Shown: positions 37,903 through 54,786 of the stretch, one piece after another
How the letters are laid out: every line of letters begins with the position of its first letter
How positions within the stretch are numbered: the stretch's first letter is position 1
From: Neocallimastix sp. 'constans'
Taxonomy: Eukaryota
Assembly: GCA_050613775.1 (NCBI GenBank)
Contig: JBODTK010000108.1
Span: 62,001 to 126,000, forward strand
Direction of reading: 5' to 3'
DNA: 64,000 nt
Position numbers and translations under genes: made by a program
Notes under the pieces: model-generated
Told to the model about the DNA's origin: nothing
The model's database searches: none
What the model saw: the letters and a program-made list of their open reading frames with translations, nothing else

Positions 37903-38680
37903 TAATGTTATATATCCTATTATCAAATATATAGATAATTATTATAAAAATAATAATAATAATAATTTATATAATAATATTAATATATTATATGTAATTT
38001 TTTCTTTCTTTACGTTTTTTAGTTTCAATGACGGGTTCTGTAGCATTTTGCTTCTTCTTTTCCTTCTTCTCTTTATCTGCTACTACTACTTCAGCAGCAA
38101 CATTATTAGAATAAGCTAAATTATAGGCATTATCAATGTATTGAACATAAGGTACTCCATCTAAATCTTGGAAGAAATTATTATGACCCTGACTGGATTG
38201 ATGTCTATCCCTAACCATAAAGGATTTACGACTAGATCCTGAGGACGGCAATAAACTAGTAGCATGACCTTTATTATTTTGATTACCATTATTATTCTTA
38301 GAATCTTGATTATCTCCTCCATTGGTTTTACCCTTTTGAGTAGATTTTGTTAAATTATCCATGGATCCTGATTGTTTTTGATCCATGGATGCATCTACAT
38401 TATAGCCATAAAGAGGTATTCTTAACTAAATAAAAAAAAAATAATAATTATAATTAGAATATAAAAATTATTTTTATATTTTTCATTTTTTTGTTTTTTC
38501 ATTTTTTTATTTTTTTTTTTTATTTTTTATTTGTTTATATGTTTGTTCCTTTATATCATCTACTATAGAAAAAATATAAAAAATGGAAAGAATGAACATA
38601 CCTTTTTCATTGAATCATCATTAATAATCTAATATTTATTAAAAAAAATAATTGTAAAAAGAGAATTTATAATAATAATC

Positions 38681-38729
<49 letters not shown>

Positions 38730-39251
38730 TCAAAAATTAATAATTAGTGATTATAATTATAAAATATTTATATTAAATATATATTAGATTTCATATTAGA
38801 GTTTTTATGTGATTTATTGTTCAACATTAATCAAGTCTAATAGTTATAATATTAATATTTAATATTAATATTAAAAACTTTAAAAACTTACAAATCCACT
38901 AGAATCAATATAATAATCATAAACCAATTGATTTATTCCAATGGTATGATCACTTTCAACTTGCATCATGGTAATGTATATATTAATAATTAAATTTAAA
39001 TGATCTTCAATCCATCGATCTTCAATGATGATATTTCTTTCTTGCTCTGCTTCTTCTTTTCGTTTTTCACAAACTTCAATAAGTTTATCTTTTAAATCAT
39101 CTGTACGTTGATGAAGTTCGGCTTTAGCTTCCGGATCACATCTTTTTTTTTTAAAAAAAAATGAAAAAAATGGAAAAAATGGGAAAAAATAAAAAAATGG
39201 AAAAAATGGAAAAAAAAAAAAAAAAAAATTGAAAAAAATAAAAAAAAAATA

Positions 39252-39282
<31 letters not shown>

Positions 39283-40128
39283 AGAAAAAAATTAAATATT
39301 AATCATTTAAATTAAAATATATATATATTTATTTTAAAACTAATTATATTATTTTACGAGTATTTTAATTTTATTAATTTTTTTTTTCTTTTCTTTTTTT
39401 TTTTTTTTTTATTATTTTATACCTTAAATCATCATCCATTTGATTATAGTCTTCTTGGAAAGCAGTAACTATACTCTGTTTATCATCTGGTCTTTCTAAA
39501 TATTTCTTGAAATTAACTTTTGTATTATAGATATATCTTATCAAGGCATCTTGTTCTCGTCTTAAAGAACGGAATATAAATTTTAAGGTTTCTACATAAT
39601 TTACTTCTATCGAAGCCCATGCTAATAATGAAAAAAAAATAAAAATAATAAATAAATAATTAATAAAATTAAAAACAAATAAATAAAAGTTAATATTTTT
39701 AATGAATTTTCATAAAACAAAAAATAAAAAAAAAAAAAAGATAAATATATATTATTATATTATCTTCTTTTATATACATATATATATATATATATAATAT
39801 AAAATTAACATACTATCAATTAAGATTTCGGCTAATCCTTTAGCTGGACATTTCTTTCCATTAGATGAAATAATTGGAGTTCTATTGGTTGATGCAAATA
39901 TTTGTAATTCTGAAGCTTCATCATAATTCAAAACAACTTCTTCATTCTTATCTTGATTATCTTGAGCATCTTTCTTTTTATTATCTTTTTTTTTGGTTTT
40001 TATTATTAAATATATTATTAATATTATAGAAAATTTTTAATATTTAATATTTAATAGAATATATTTAAAAAAAAAAAATATATATATATGAAATCAAAAT
40101 CAATAATTATTAAAAAGGAAAAATATTC

Positions 40129-40167
<39 letters not shown>

Positions 40168-41272
40168 CCTTTTCCAACTTTTTGACCCTTAACAGCTGAA
40201 TTATTGGCATTAGCTGAATTATTTTTACGTTTGGAATCCTTATCCTTATCCTTATCCTTTTCTTTTTCTTTATCTTTCTCCTTTTCTTTTCCTGATTGAG
40301 TTCTGGATCTACTATTCTTTTTCTTATCATCTTCTTTGGCATTACTTTTATTATTTGCTCCTTTCGTTGTTTCATTTTGACTTTGAGGAGAATTAACTTC
40401 TTGTTCATTCTCTACTTGTGCTTCTTCTTGAGCTTTCTCTAAATTTTCTATATATATATTATTGCATATTTTTAAATATCAAATTAAAAAGGTAAATAAA
40501 TTAATATATATATATATATACATATATAAATATAAATATGATTCATCAGTAAATTGATATTTTTTTTCTATATATTATTCTATATTATTATTACTATTTT
40601 TATTGTCAATATTATATATATAATATTGACAAAAAAAAACAAATATATATATGTTTATTTTTTTTATTTGATTTTTATTTATTTCTTTCTTTTTATATAT
40701 ATATTCATCCCTACCTGCTTCTTCTTTTTTCTTCTTTTCTAATTCTCTTTCCCTTTGCAATTCAAATTCTCTTTTGGCTTCTTCTAATTTTCTTGCTTCT
40801 TCCCTTTTCTTCTCTTCTTCAGCTCTTATCCTCTCATTTTCTATATTATCAATAATGATATGAACTCTATCAACATTTTCATTAACATTTTTAGATCCAT
40901 CAATTTCCTAATTTTTAAAAATTTTTAAATGTAATTATTAGATTAAAAAATTATATATCTTTTTCTCTCTCTCTATTTTATTCTCTTAACATTTTATTCA
41001 ATATACTAACATCTAATAATTACAATTTTAATTAATAAAAAAAAATCATATATATATATATATATATATATTATAGAAACATTATATATATAGTTTATTA
41101 TATTAAAATATTTACATGTAAGTTTTTAAATTTATTAAAGAAATCTTTAAGAGAATCAACTTGAGTATCAAATGAAGCAATTTGATTTTGAATGTTAAGA
41201 TTATCAATTTCATCATTAAATGGTGCTAATCTTTCATATATTCCCTATTAAATTATTAAATATAAATTTGAA

Positions 41273-41323
<51 letters not shown>

Positions 41324-42251
41324 CAATATTTATATTTTTGTATTAATAGTTTTGTTTAATATTGATTTTAATTCGCTAAATATATAATTATTAAATGACA
41401 GTGTTTAAAAATAATAAAAAATAAATTAAAAGTTAATGCAAATTTGTTATAATAAATATATTTACAGGTTCATCATCTGGGGGTGGATTATATTCTAAAT
41501 GATATATCTTTCCTGTTAACGTATCAATTTTTCTTCCTGTCATTCTCTTAAACGCTATATCATTATCAATATTCATTAATAATACTAAATCTAAACCACC
41601 TTCTAATTTGTTTTCTTTTTCGGCATCATCTGCTGGAGGATTCTGCTTCTTTGTTATATATGGAACATTATTCTTAACATTATTACTGGCTTTCTTCTTG
41701 GGTAAGGTTGGTTTAATTTTCTTTGGTTCTTCATAACTTTTTTTTTTTTTTTTTTTTTTTGATTATTTAATGATTGGGAATTGATTAATTAATTAATATA
41801 TATTTTGAAAAATAAAAATAAATAAAATATATACATTAAAATAAAATACATTTATGAACATGTTTATATAACTTTTTTACAATTATTATCTAATAATATT
41901 TATTATTATTTTTTTTAAAAAAATTCTTTTATATTACTTACCCTGTTAATTCTCTTTCTAATAAAACAGCTTGTTCTTTATTTTGAGGGAAATTAACTAA
42001 TATCCATCCTCCTTTACAATCTGGATGATCAATATTAACACGACTAATGGCATCAATAATAAGTTGAACTAAAAGTTCATCATTTGGATAACCACCTTCT
42101 AGCATCTTTATTTGAATTTCTGATCCAATTTGTGCTCTCGTTAATGAACTCTTTTTGGATTTAAAGGTCGAATTTAACTCATTTGTATCCTCATTACCTG
42201 ATTTTGCTTCTATGGTGCTAACTCTATTTTAATATTGAATAATATAATAAA

Positions 42252-42285
<34 letters not shown>

Positions 42286-43920
42286 TATATCATTTAATAA
42301 TAAAATATTATAAATCTACTTTTAATTTTTTTTTATACATTTAAATATTACATAAATAAACATATATATATATTTATTTATTTTTTATATTTCTTTTATT
42401 ACCTTATGGCTTCTTTAATTAAATCTTCTAAAGAAAGAATAGCTAAATTAAATTTGGAGGCAAGTTTTGTAGCTAATGTCATTTTTCCACTAAATCTTTT
42501 ACCTATAATGGACATACGAATAGGAACTTTTGGAAGTACTGCTAACTCATAAGGTTCTTCAGGGACTTTGGTAATTTCAGCAAGCGTATCAATAATTTCA
42601 TATAATGATTCATACATTCTTTTTGGAATATCAGGTGGAGTAGGACTAATTAAACAAAATAAAATAAACAAAACAAAAACAAAAACAAAAACAAAAAAAA
42701 AGTATACATAATTATAAATTATTTATAAATAGTAAATAAATTTTATATTAATTTAAAAAAAAAAGATATATATATAAATATTTTTAAAAATTAAAAAAAT
42801 TTTTAAATTTATAGTTACAATAATTATAATAAACAATTATAATATTAATATTTTAAAAACTATATAATTATTATTATTTTTTTTCTATTATAATTATTTT
42901 AAATATATTATATTTTACCAAAATGTATATTCCCAATTTTTTTCTCCATTAATATAACTTTTAAATTCTTTTTCATCCAAAATTTGTATTCCCTTTAAAA
43001 TGCTACTATTTGTTTCATCTATTTGAATTAAATTAGCATTTTCTTTTTCCGCTAATTTACTTATTATAGAATTTGGGAAATCTGGATTAGTTTCTGTAAC
43101 TTCATTTACTAATATTCCTTCTGAGACATTTTCTTCTTCCTTACTGCCTTCATGTTTTTCAGGAGTCCTCTCGGCCATTTTCTTTTTATTGCCACAATTA
43201 ATAACTAAATTAACAGAATCTTCTCCATTGGAAGAAGGTTTCTTTTCATTGTCTTTACTATTATTACTATTATTATTATTATTATTTTCATTATTTGCTC
43301 CAGTGTTATTATTATTATTATCATTAGTACTAACCCTACTTTTATTATCATTTTTATTATCATTTTTATTATCATTTTTATTATCACTTTTATTATTATT
43401 AGCATCATTTACTTTTTCGGTAGCATCTGTCTCACTAGTAATAGCTCTACTACCATTAGATTCTTTAGAAACTTGAGTTTGTTGTGAAGTAGGCTTAGAT
43501 TTTTCTTCCAGTAATTCTATTCTAGCTTGACTAGAAGGCTTATTCAAGTCAAAACCTTCAATATTAATATTTTGTATCTTACTTAAGATTTCTGGATTAA
43601 TTTCAAGAGTTTCCTTTTTTTCCTCTAAAAATTCATTATTAAATATATCAATTTTATCTTGAGTAATATCTAAAAAGTATTTATCTTCTAAAGGTAATCC
43701 CTTAATAAATATGATTTTCCATTCATCCATTTGTTTTTTAGTGATATGACCATCATTTAATGTTTTATATTCAGATATCTTTATATTATATATATATATA
43801 TATTAAAATTAAATTAATAGTTATAGTATTAATTTAATAATATTATTAGTATATATATATATATATATTATTTAATAAATTATACATTAAATATTTATTA
43901 TTTTTTTAAAGAAAATAATG

Positions 43921-43987
<67 letters not shown>

Positions 43988-45478
43988 TTTTCATTTTATA
44001 TATATATATGTATATATATATATAAATGTATATAAAAAAAAAACTATTAAGTTACTTTAAATGCAAAATCAACTAATTCCCAAACAAGTTTATTAATCTT
44101 TTCATGAGTTTCTTGTTTTTTCTCTTCCTCTTTATTTAATATAATTTCATCATATTGATTTTTTAATAATTCAGCTTCCATTTCATATTCTTCCTTTGCT
44201 TTCTTACCTAATTCTTCTTCTCTTTTTAAGGCTAACTCATAATCTTTTTTTCTTTTTTCAGCGTATTGTTGATTTCTTTTACAACGATTTTCATAAATTA
44301 AATGTTTTTGTTTTCTTATTTCCATCAATTGTTCAGCAATTCTTTTCTCTTGTTTTGATTCATTTAATAATTTATTAACTAAAAAATTATCTAATTCTAT
44401 TTTTTCATTTTCTTTTCTTGATTTTTGTTGGGCTAATAAAATTTTTCTTCGATGGTATTTTTTCTCTTTATTTGTTTCTTCTTCTTTTATTTTCCTTTCA
44501 TGAATACGATTAATATAATCATGTGATTGTTTCATACTAGTTTCAATGGATGGTATTTTCCGTTGAATCATTCTTATATAGGCACTGGGATCCATTGTTC
44601 TTTGATATTTAAGGAAGTATTTAATTTCTTCTATTTCTGCTTGTTGATTATCTTTATTATCTACTTTCAAAGGATCCAATTCAGATACTACAGCTTGATC
44701 ATAATTACTGCCATGTCTTTCATGATAATTAGAGGCCTCTGCTCTTTCATTATTTTTTAAATTTCTTTCAAAATTCTCAATATTAGCAATAAATTCTTTC
44801 TTAATATTTTTCAATCTTATCTTTTTTTTTTTTTTAATTATTATCATTATATTGTTAATATGAATTAATTCAACCGGATTTAAAGTATTTTAAAATATTC
44901 ATATATATATTTATATAAAATTAAGATTATATTGTATTTTCATTAAAAATAAAAGTAAAATATATTTAAAAAAAAAAAAAAAAAAAAAACATCGTTTGCA
45001 TAATAAATAATTAATAATTATTTTTCCTGTTTTTTTATTTTTTAATTTCTATTTTATTTTTTTATTTTTATCTTATTTCTAATAAATTAATTATTATACC
45101 TCTTGATCTGCTAGTTTTTTCTTTTTTTTCTCTCTTTCTAATTTCATTACATTTAAATCATATTGAGGTTTTAAATTATATTTTGGTTTTTCTATTTGTA
45201 TTTCTTTCTTTTTCTGAATTTCTAATGGATAAGAAGTTGGTTCTTTTCGTTTATAGATTACATCAAGTTCACACTAATCATAACAATAATAATAATAATA
45301 AAATTGAAGATATTAAAAAAAAAAAAAAAATTTAAGAAGAAAGTTATAAAAAAAATTAACATATTATAAAATTTGATATTAATGAATGAATAAGAAAAAA
45401 TTAAATTACAAAAAATAATAAATTATATAATATGATATTACTTATGAGTAAATAAAAATATTTAATATTGAAGTATTA

Positions 45479-45539
<61 letters not shown>

Positions 45540-45600
45540 TACTATTACTATTACTATTACTATTACTATTACTATTACTATTACTATTACTATTATTGTA

Positions 45601-45670
<70 letters not shown>

Positions 45671-46547
45671 TTCATCTATAATATATTACTCTTGGTTCAC
45701 TGGGTTCTGATAATGGAAAAGTTTCATTCTTTGGTTTTGATAATACTTTTGAAAATCCTTGTAATCTATCTACAAAAAAATCATGTTCTTTCATTAAATA
45801 AGGCTTTTTTGTTATATTTCCAGGTATAAAGGTATTGACTTTTTAATAATTATGATAAAATATAGTACAATAAAATAAAATATATTAATATTATTTAAAT
45901 TTTAAAAATAATAAATATTATTTCCATAAAAAAATTACTATTATTATTGTTATTATTATTATTGTTATTATTATTATTATTGTTATTATTATTATTATTG
46001 CTATTATTATTATTATCTTTAGTGTTATTATTATTATAATTGTTATTATTATTGTTGTTGTTGTTGCTGATGTTAATATTAATTAATGAAATATTGCGTA
46101 ATAAAAGAATTTTTCTTAATTTTTTTTTTTTTTTTTTTATTCTATAGTAAATTATTTTATATAATGATATGTATTACTTTTTGATTTTCCAATGGCATTA
46201 AAAGAATCCCTTTTTTTTATTTCAATAGAATTCTTTATATCGTATAAAAGTTTTGCTGCTTCTCCTGGTTTCCCTTGAATAATATCATAGACTCTATTAG
46301 CTTTCAATTTTAATCCTAATTTTTGAATTAAACCTGTTTCTAGTAGAGAATAATTTCTAATAGCAATTTCTTGAGAATGTCCATTATAAAAAAGTGATTC
46401 AAATAATTTTGGATCAATCAACTCATATCGCTTCAATATTTCACCAAAAAGATATCCATTTCTAAAATCTGTATCTATATTTTCTTTTGTAACACGTTTT
46501 GAAAGTTGAACATCATTATTTAGCCACTGAAGAACCACGGATGACAT
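34306..46547 (-). CDS. SPEF2: Sperm flagellar protein 2 (SPEF2/KPL2/CPC1-like central-pair protein), more than 20 exons
   Basis: N-terminal CH-like domain MSSVVLQWLNNDVQLSK..FRNGYLFGEILKRY, then a coiled coil (SKQEKRIAEQLMEIRKQK..ENR). Adenylate-kinase-like pieces: IIGKRFSGKMT, GWILVNFPQNKEQA and RMTGRKIDTLTGKIYHLEYNPPP. Later RCDPEAKAELHQRTDDLKDKL and GYINWRKF. The last exon (KIVIEKNKQ*, 34335-34306) is tentative. Confidence 0.9.
45484..45668 (+). repeat. (ATT)n/(ATTACT)n compound microsatellite in a SPEF2 intron
   Basis: Directly visible. It is the source of the poly-N and poly-Y ORFs at 45442-45710. Confidence 0.9.
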
Positions 46548-47384
46548 ATTGGAATATTATGTTGTATATATATATTTTTTTTTGTTTATTTGTTATTATT
46601 ACTTGTATGTGGTTTTTCTTGTTTTTTATTATTATTATTATTATTATTTTATATGTATATATATGATTTGTGGTTTGTTTGAATTTTGGAAAATTTTATC
46701 TAAAAAAAAAATAATAAATAAAAATAAAAATAAAAAAATTTTTCCTAATTTATTAAAAAATCATAACATATTTAAATATATATTTTTTTCATAATATTTA
46801 TCAATATAATTTTATTATTATTACTTTAACTATTACAATAAAATCTTTTCTATATATCCATTTATTATTAATAGTTTTATTTCATGTAGACTATTTTTTT
46901 ATTGTTATTATTTTATTATATAAAAATATTTACATAAACTTTTATCATATAATTATTATACATTCACATTCGAATATTATTTGTTTTTATAAAAATAATT
47001 TCTTTTTATTTTTTTTAATATTTTTTTAATATTAAAATATTAAATTTTGTTTACATAAAAAAAATTTATACATACAATATTTTTTTTATAAATTTTTTTT
47101 TTTTTTTTTTTTATTAATATTTTTCATTAATTAAAAAAAAAATTATATAAAGATATAAATATATATAATATTTAATAATTAAATATAATTGTAAAAATAA
47201 TAAAATAAAAAATAAAATAAAATATAGAAAAAAAAAAAAAAAAAAAAAATTTAAACTCAAATTAATTTAAAATTTTTGTTTAAACTTTAAATAATAATAA
47301 ATTCCAAAATTTCAAAAAAAAAAATTAAAAAATAAAAAATAAAAAATATATAAAAAAATTTTTTAATATATAATATATAAAATT

Positions 47385-47430
<46 letters not shown>

Positions 47431-47641
47431 AATTACATTTTTAATATAATTATAATATATAATAATGATAATATATAATTATAAGCGATAATTTTTTTTT
47501 TATAGAAAAAGACTATAATTTATAATAATAAAAAAAAAAAGATCAAAAAGTACAAATCAATTTTAATAAAAAAAAATTTTTAAATAGATATATATATAAT
47601 TATTTTTTTTTTGTGTGTGTTTTTTTTTTTTTTATATTGAT

Positions 47642-50166
<2,525 letters not shown>

Positions 50167-50764
50167 GAATTATTTTTTTTTTCTTACTTATAATATTTAT
50201 TTTTATTTTTTTTTCTTTTGTTTATATTTTTAAATATATTTAGAGAATAAATATACAATTAAACCTTACTTTATAAATATATTTATTTATATATAAATTT
50301 TTTAATTTTTTTTGTAAAATATATCACTTTTTTTTTTGTATTATTTCAATCCAATAATTCTTTTAAAAATTATAATATTTCTCGTTTTATTAATAAATAT
50401 TATATAAAACCAACTTTTCAATGTATTTTTTAAGTTTTTATTTTAACTTTACACTAATAATTATGATAATTTTGATTTTTTTTTAAAATTATACATAAAA
50501 AGTTTTAAAGTAATTATCATTTAGTCTTTAATTTAACTAATTTTATTAAATCTTTTTTTATATTAAAATATATATATATATATTTAATAATAATAATAAT
50601 TAAATTATTTTTTTTTTTAATTTATTGAATATGTAATAAAAAATAATAATAATTTTTTCTATTTATCATTTTTTTTCAATTTCAATTTTTTTTAAAATTT
50701 TAATTATTAATAAATTAAATTATTATTCAATATTAATTTTTATTAAATTAAAAATTTTTAAAAT

Positions 50765-50804
50765 TTATTTATTATTTATTTATTTATTATTTATTTATTT
50801 ATTT

Positions 50805-50879
<75 letters not shown>

Positions 50880-50900
50880 TTATTTATTTATTATTTATTT

Positions 50901-50960
<60 letters not shown>

Positions 50961-50962
50961 GT
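50765..50962 (+). repeat. (TTTA)n microsatellite
   Basis: Directly visible. Confidence 0.9.
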
Positions 50963-51222
50963 TAGTTAGTTCGATACTTTTATTTAAATATTATATATAT
51001 GGAATCAAAAAAATAAAAATAAAAAAAAAATTTCTTTTTATTAACATCTGTCAATTTGAATTATTAAAAAAACATATATACATAAATAACATAATATATA
51101 TTATATATATTACATATATTATACATATAATAAAAAATAGAATTTAATTAAAAAAGTTTTCATTAAATTCCATAATTTCCAAAATTCAAATGATACTTTT
51201 TAACTTTTAAAAAAGAAAAATA

Positions 51223-51258
<36 letters not shown>

Positions 51259-51781
51259 TATATTTATGTATAACTCACAATATCATAATATGATTTTGTA
51301 TTAATATTTGTTGTTGTACAAACCAAAGAAAAAAAAAAGTATATAAACAAAAAATAATAATCTATTTAACATTAAATATTTGATTTAAAGAATTATATTG
51401 TATTGCTCAATAAAAATATTTTGAATGATAAATATATTAATATATTCTTTATATATCAATAATTATATTAATAAAAATTTTTTTCTTTTTTTTTTTTAAT
51501 AATTATTATGGTCATCCATTAACGATAATTTGCTCCACTTTTTAGCTTTAAAAATTTTATTAGAAAAAATAAATAAATAAAATCACTAAATACGATATGA
51601 AATATATTGTGTATTTAAATATAAAAATATCAATAAATATTTATTATAAGTTATTTTATTAAAGCACATAAAAAAATAGAATCATCTAAATTGAAATATT
51701 AAAAATTACATTCGTTAAAAATTTTATTGATTTAGTAATAATTAATTCATTATAATAGTAAAATAATTAAAAGGGATTATT

Positions 51782-51826
<45 letters not shown>

Positions 51827-52861
51827 GAACTATGAGAGTTCAACTTTAACTAAGAATATTTAGCATTTCATTCTCTTTTTTTTTTTAGATATCAGTCATT
51901 AACATCAAGGTCTTATTTGATATAATCGATTTTTCAGACTTTAAGCAAATATGATTTATCAATATAAATATCTAAATTACGAGGAAAATCGATTGATTAT
52001 AATACTCTCTCAATGTTTTCCATTTTATAAGAGGGGAGCCAACATGCCAACATAAATTATATATACAATCATTATAATAAATTAAGGTCAATATTAATTA
52101 TAAGAACAATAAAAAAAATTCATTATTAACTAGAATCAACACATATTATAAAATGCAATAAATGATAATAGAGTCATGAAAGAAAATAAGAATGATTAAT
52201 TGATTAAAATTATTTGGATGGAAGCAAATCATAACAACATACACAACGAAAAAACTTTAATATTTATTCTTTATTTTAATCGAATAAATTTTGAATGAAT
52301 AAGCATTCATAAAAATTCTAAATATGTAAAATTAACTAAACTATGATAAATATTGGAGTATATTCTTTAAAATAAAGCTAAAAGGAAATGGAATTACTTT
52401 ATTTTGATATAAAAATAAATCCAAATAAATAATATCTTAGCCTTCCTGTCATAAATACACAATATATATAATTGGCTTTAATAAAACACAATAAAAAATG
52501 ATACATTATAAAAAATAAAATAAAAAAAGAATATATATATAATAAAATGGTATAAGTTTTAAATTTAAATAAAATATTCAAAATAAAAATAAAATAAAGA
52601 TTTATTACTGATAATATTTTTTTTTTCCTTTTATTATTTTTCTCTTAATATATAACAAATAATGAATATTTTAATATAAATTAAAATTTAATTATTAATT
52701 ATATAATTAAATATATTTGCACACCAAATTTTTATAATTATTTTATATTATATATATATATTTATTCTATTTAATTAATAATATATATTAAAACAAATAA
52801 ATAATAATAATAATAATAATCTTTAATTTTTAATATTTCCTATGAAAATATTTATGTAGAT

Positions 52862-53699
52862 TGGAGTGTTGAAATTTAGAAAAGTTGCATTTTGCAAAGT
52901 TACATTTTAGATAATGTGGCGTTTCAAGGCTATATTAAATAAATTAATAATTAAATTAATAATTAAATAAATTAATAATTAAATTAATAAATAAATAATT
53001 TAATAAATAAATAATTTAATAAATAAATAATTTAATAAATAATGCTGAAGTTTTTTTTTATTTTTTATTCTTTTTATATTTACTTTAAAAAATTACTTTT
53101 CTTAATTCTACAGGAATTTCATCAAACTTTGTTGGATCAGGAGGTAGTTATTTATATTCTTCGTTATTTTGGATTTAAGTACATTTATATTCAGGACATA
53201 ATTAATCCCATTTCCTTGTGAAACTTCGTTAAATATCCGTTTATGTTACATATCTAAAGGACTTTTTTTAATTTCATTTTTATTTTTATGTTTTTTGCAA
53301 TCGATATAAATACGTCAAATTCTTTATTAAAACAATTATGTAAATTTTCAAATTTTAAGATTTCTTTCTTCTTGTTTAAAGTAATGAAAGGTTTACCACT
53401 TTATTTAAAGTTCTATATTTAGTACATCTATATACTTTAGAATTATCTTTTTTTTTTTTTAAATGAGTAATTAAATTTTATTTTTATATTATTTATTATT
53501 TATTATTTATTTATTTATTTATTATTTATTTATTTATTTATTATTTATTTATTTATTTATTATTTATTTATTTATTATTTATTATTTATTTATTTATTAT
53601 TTATTATTTATTTTTATTATTTTAAGTAATTAAGAAAAATATTTAAAACATTTTATTTTTTAACAATTAACACATTTTTATCTAAAACCTGATTATAAT

Positions 53700-53746
<47 letters not shown>

Positions 53747-53880
53747 TTATTTATTTATTTATTTATTTATATTAAAAAATATATTTGAAAAAATTTTTTT
53801 TCAAATAGCATTTTAAATTACAATAATATGAACGCCACATTGTAAAGTAAAAAAAACAAACTTTCAAAAATGATCCACCA
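52862..53880 (-). mobile_element. Internally deleted Mutator-like (MULE) DNA transposon relic with diverged terminal inverted repeats
   Basis: The left end (~52862-52925, ..gttgcattttgcaaagttacattttagataatgtggcgtt) is an imperfect inverted match to ~53830-53878 (aacgccacatt...aactttcaaaaatg). A frameshifted transposase N-terminus lies between them on the minus strand. Confidence 0.65.
53105..53485 (-). pseudogene. MULE transposase N-terminal fragment (FLYWCH/WRKY-like zinc finger)
   Basis: Across frameshifts the minus strand reads KFNYSF..KDNSKVYRCTKYRTLNK/../KPFITLNKKKEILKFENLHN..KEFD..KRIFNEVSQ/EMGL/CPEYK/KSKITKNIN/LPPDPTKFDEIP. This resembles the N-termini of gut-fungal Mutator-like transposases as I recall them. 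Confidence 0.7.
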
Positions 53881-54182
53881 TCATAAATTGATTACAATGT
53901 TCAGCACGTCCGGAGTTCAATTCCTCTTTGTCACTCAGTAATTACCAAATGACCGCCTAACCCTAAATCGAACAAAGTCATCGTCTACACTATGACCATG
54001 CTACATGCCTGAAGCGGGATGATTCCTGCGGATTGTAAATACTCATCTGTTAATGTTTTCACGTGCTTTGATGTCCTAATATCATAACACGTGATAATTA
54101 TTAGTTGTCTATTGTGGCTGGAATAATATGATCAGATTTATGGGAAAGTCTTATATTTAAAACCTGATTATAATTTATTTAC

Positions 54183-54213
<31 letters not shown>

Positions 54214-54376
54214 TTTTATTTATTTATTTATTTATTGTAATTATGTTAAAAAAAAATATATTAAAAAAAAATTTTTTTTTAAATACCATTTATATTACAA
54301 CAATATGAATGCCACATTGCAAAGTAAAAAAACAACTTTTTCCGAAATGCTCCACATTCATAGATTTTATTACAAT
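53683..54376 (+). repeat. Two diverged direct repeats of about 215 bp (53683-53898 and 54158-54376), each carrying the MULE end, separated by a unique 259-bp spacer
   Basis: Both copies run taaaacctgattataattt-(ttta)n-aaaaaatatatt...aatatgaaYgccacattgYaaagtaaaaaaa...aaatg.tccac...attacaat. Confidence 0.85.
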
Positions 54377-54447
54377 CGATCATTTTTTTTTTTTTTTTTT
54401 TTTTTTCTATATATATATAAAATTATTCTAGATCAATCTATTAAGGG

Positions 54448-54486
<39 letters not shown>

Positions 54487-54786
54487 TTTTTTCATCAAAT
54501 TTTTATTTATTATTTATTTATTTTAAAATCTTTAAATGATATAAAAAAATAAAAAAAATAAATTTTTTTTATATTATTTTTTAGATTTTGAAATTACAAA
54601 TTTTGAAATTTTAACTTTAAATTTCTATTTATAATCTAATTCTATTTTTTTTTTTATTATCTTTACATATATATTATTAATTTATATTTAAGTTAAAAAA
54701 AAAATTTTTTATTTATAATTAAAAAATTTTAAAATAAAATAAAAAAATAATAATAATATTAATAATTAAATAAGAATATAAATAAT

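Noticed and set aside
51826..52260. Slightly GC-enriched stretch with an aatcgattttc/gaaaatcgatt inverted pair
   Set aside because: There is no interpretable ORF or motif. It may be decayed TE or pseudogene sequence, but that cannot be supported.
53905..53935. tRNA gene suggested by gttcaattcc
   Set aside because: No acceptor stem, D-arm or anticodon arm can be folded, and the T-stem pairs poorly.
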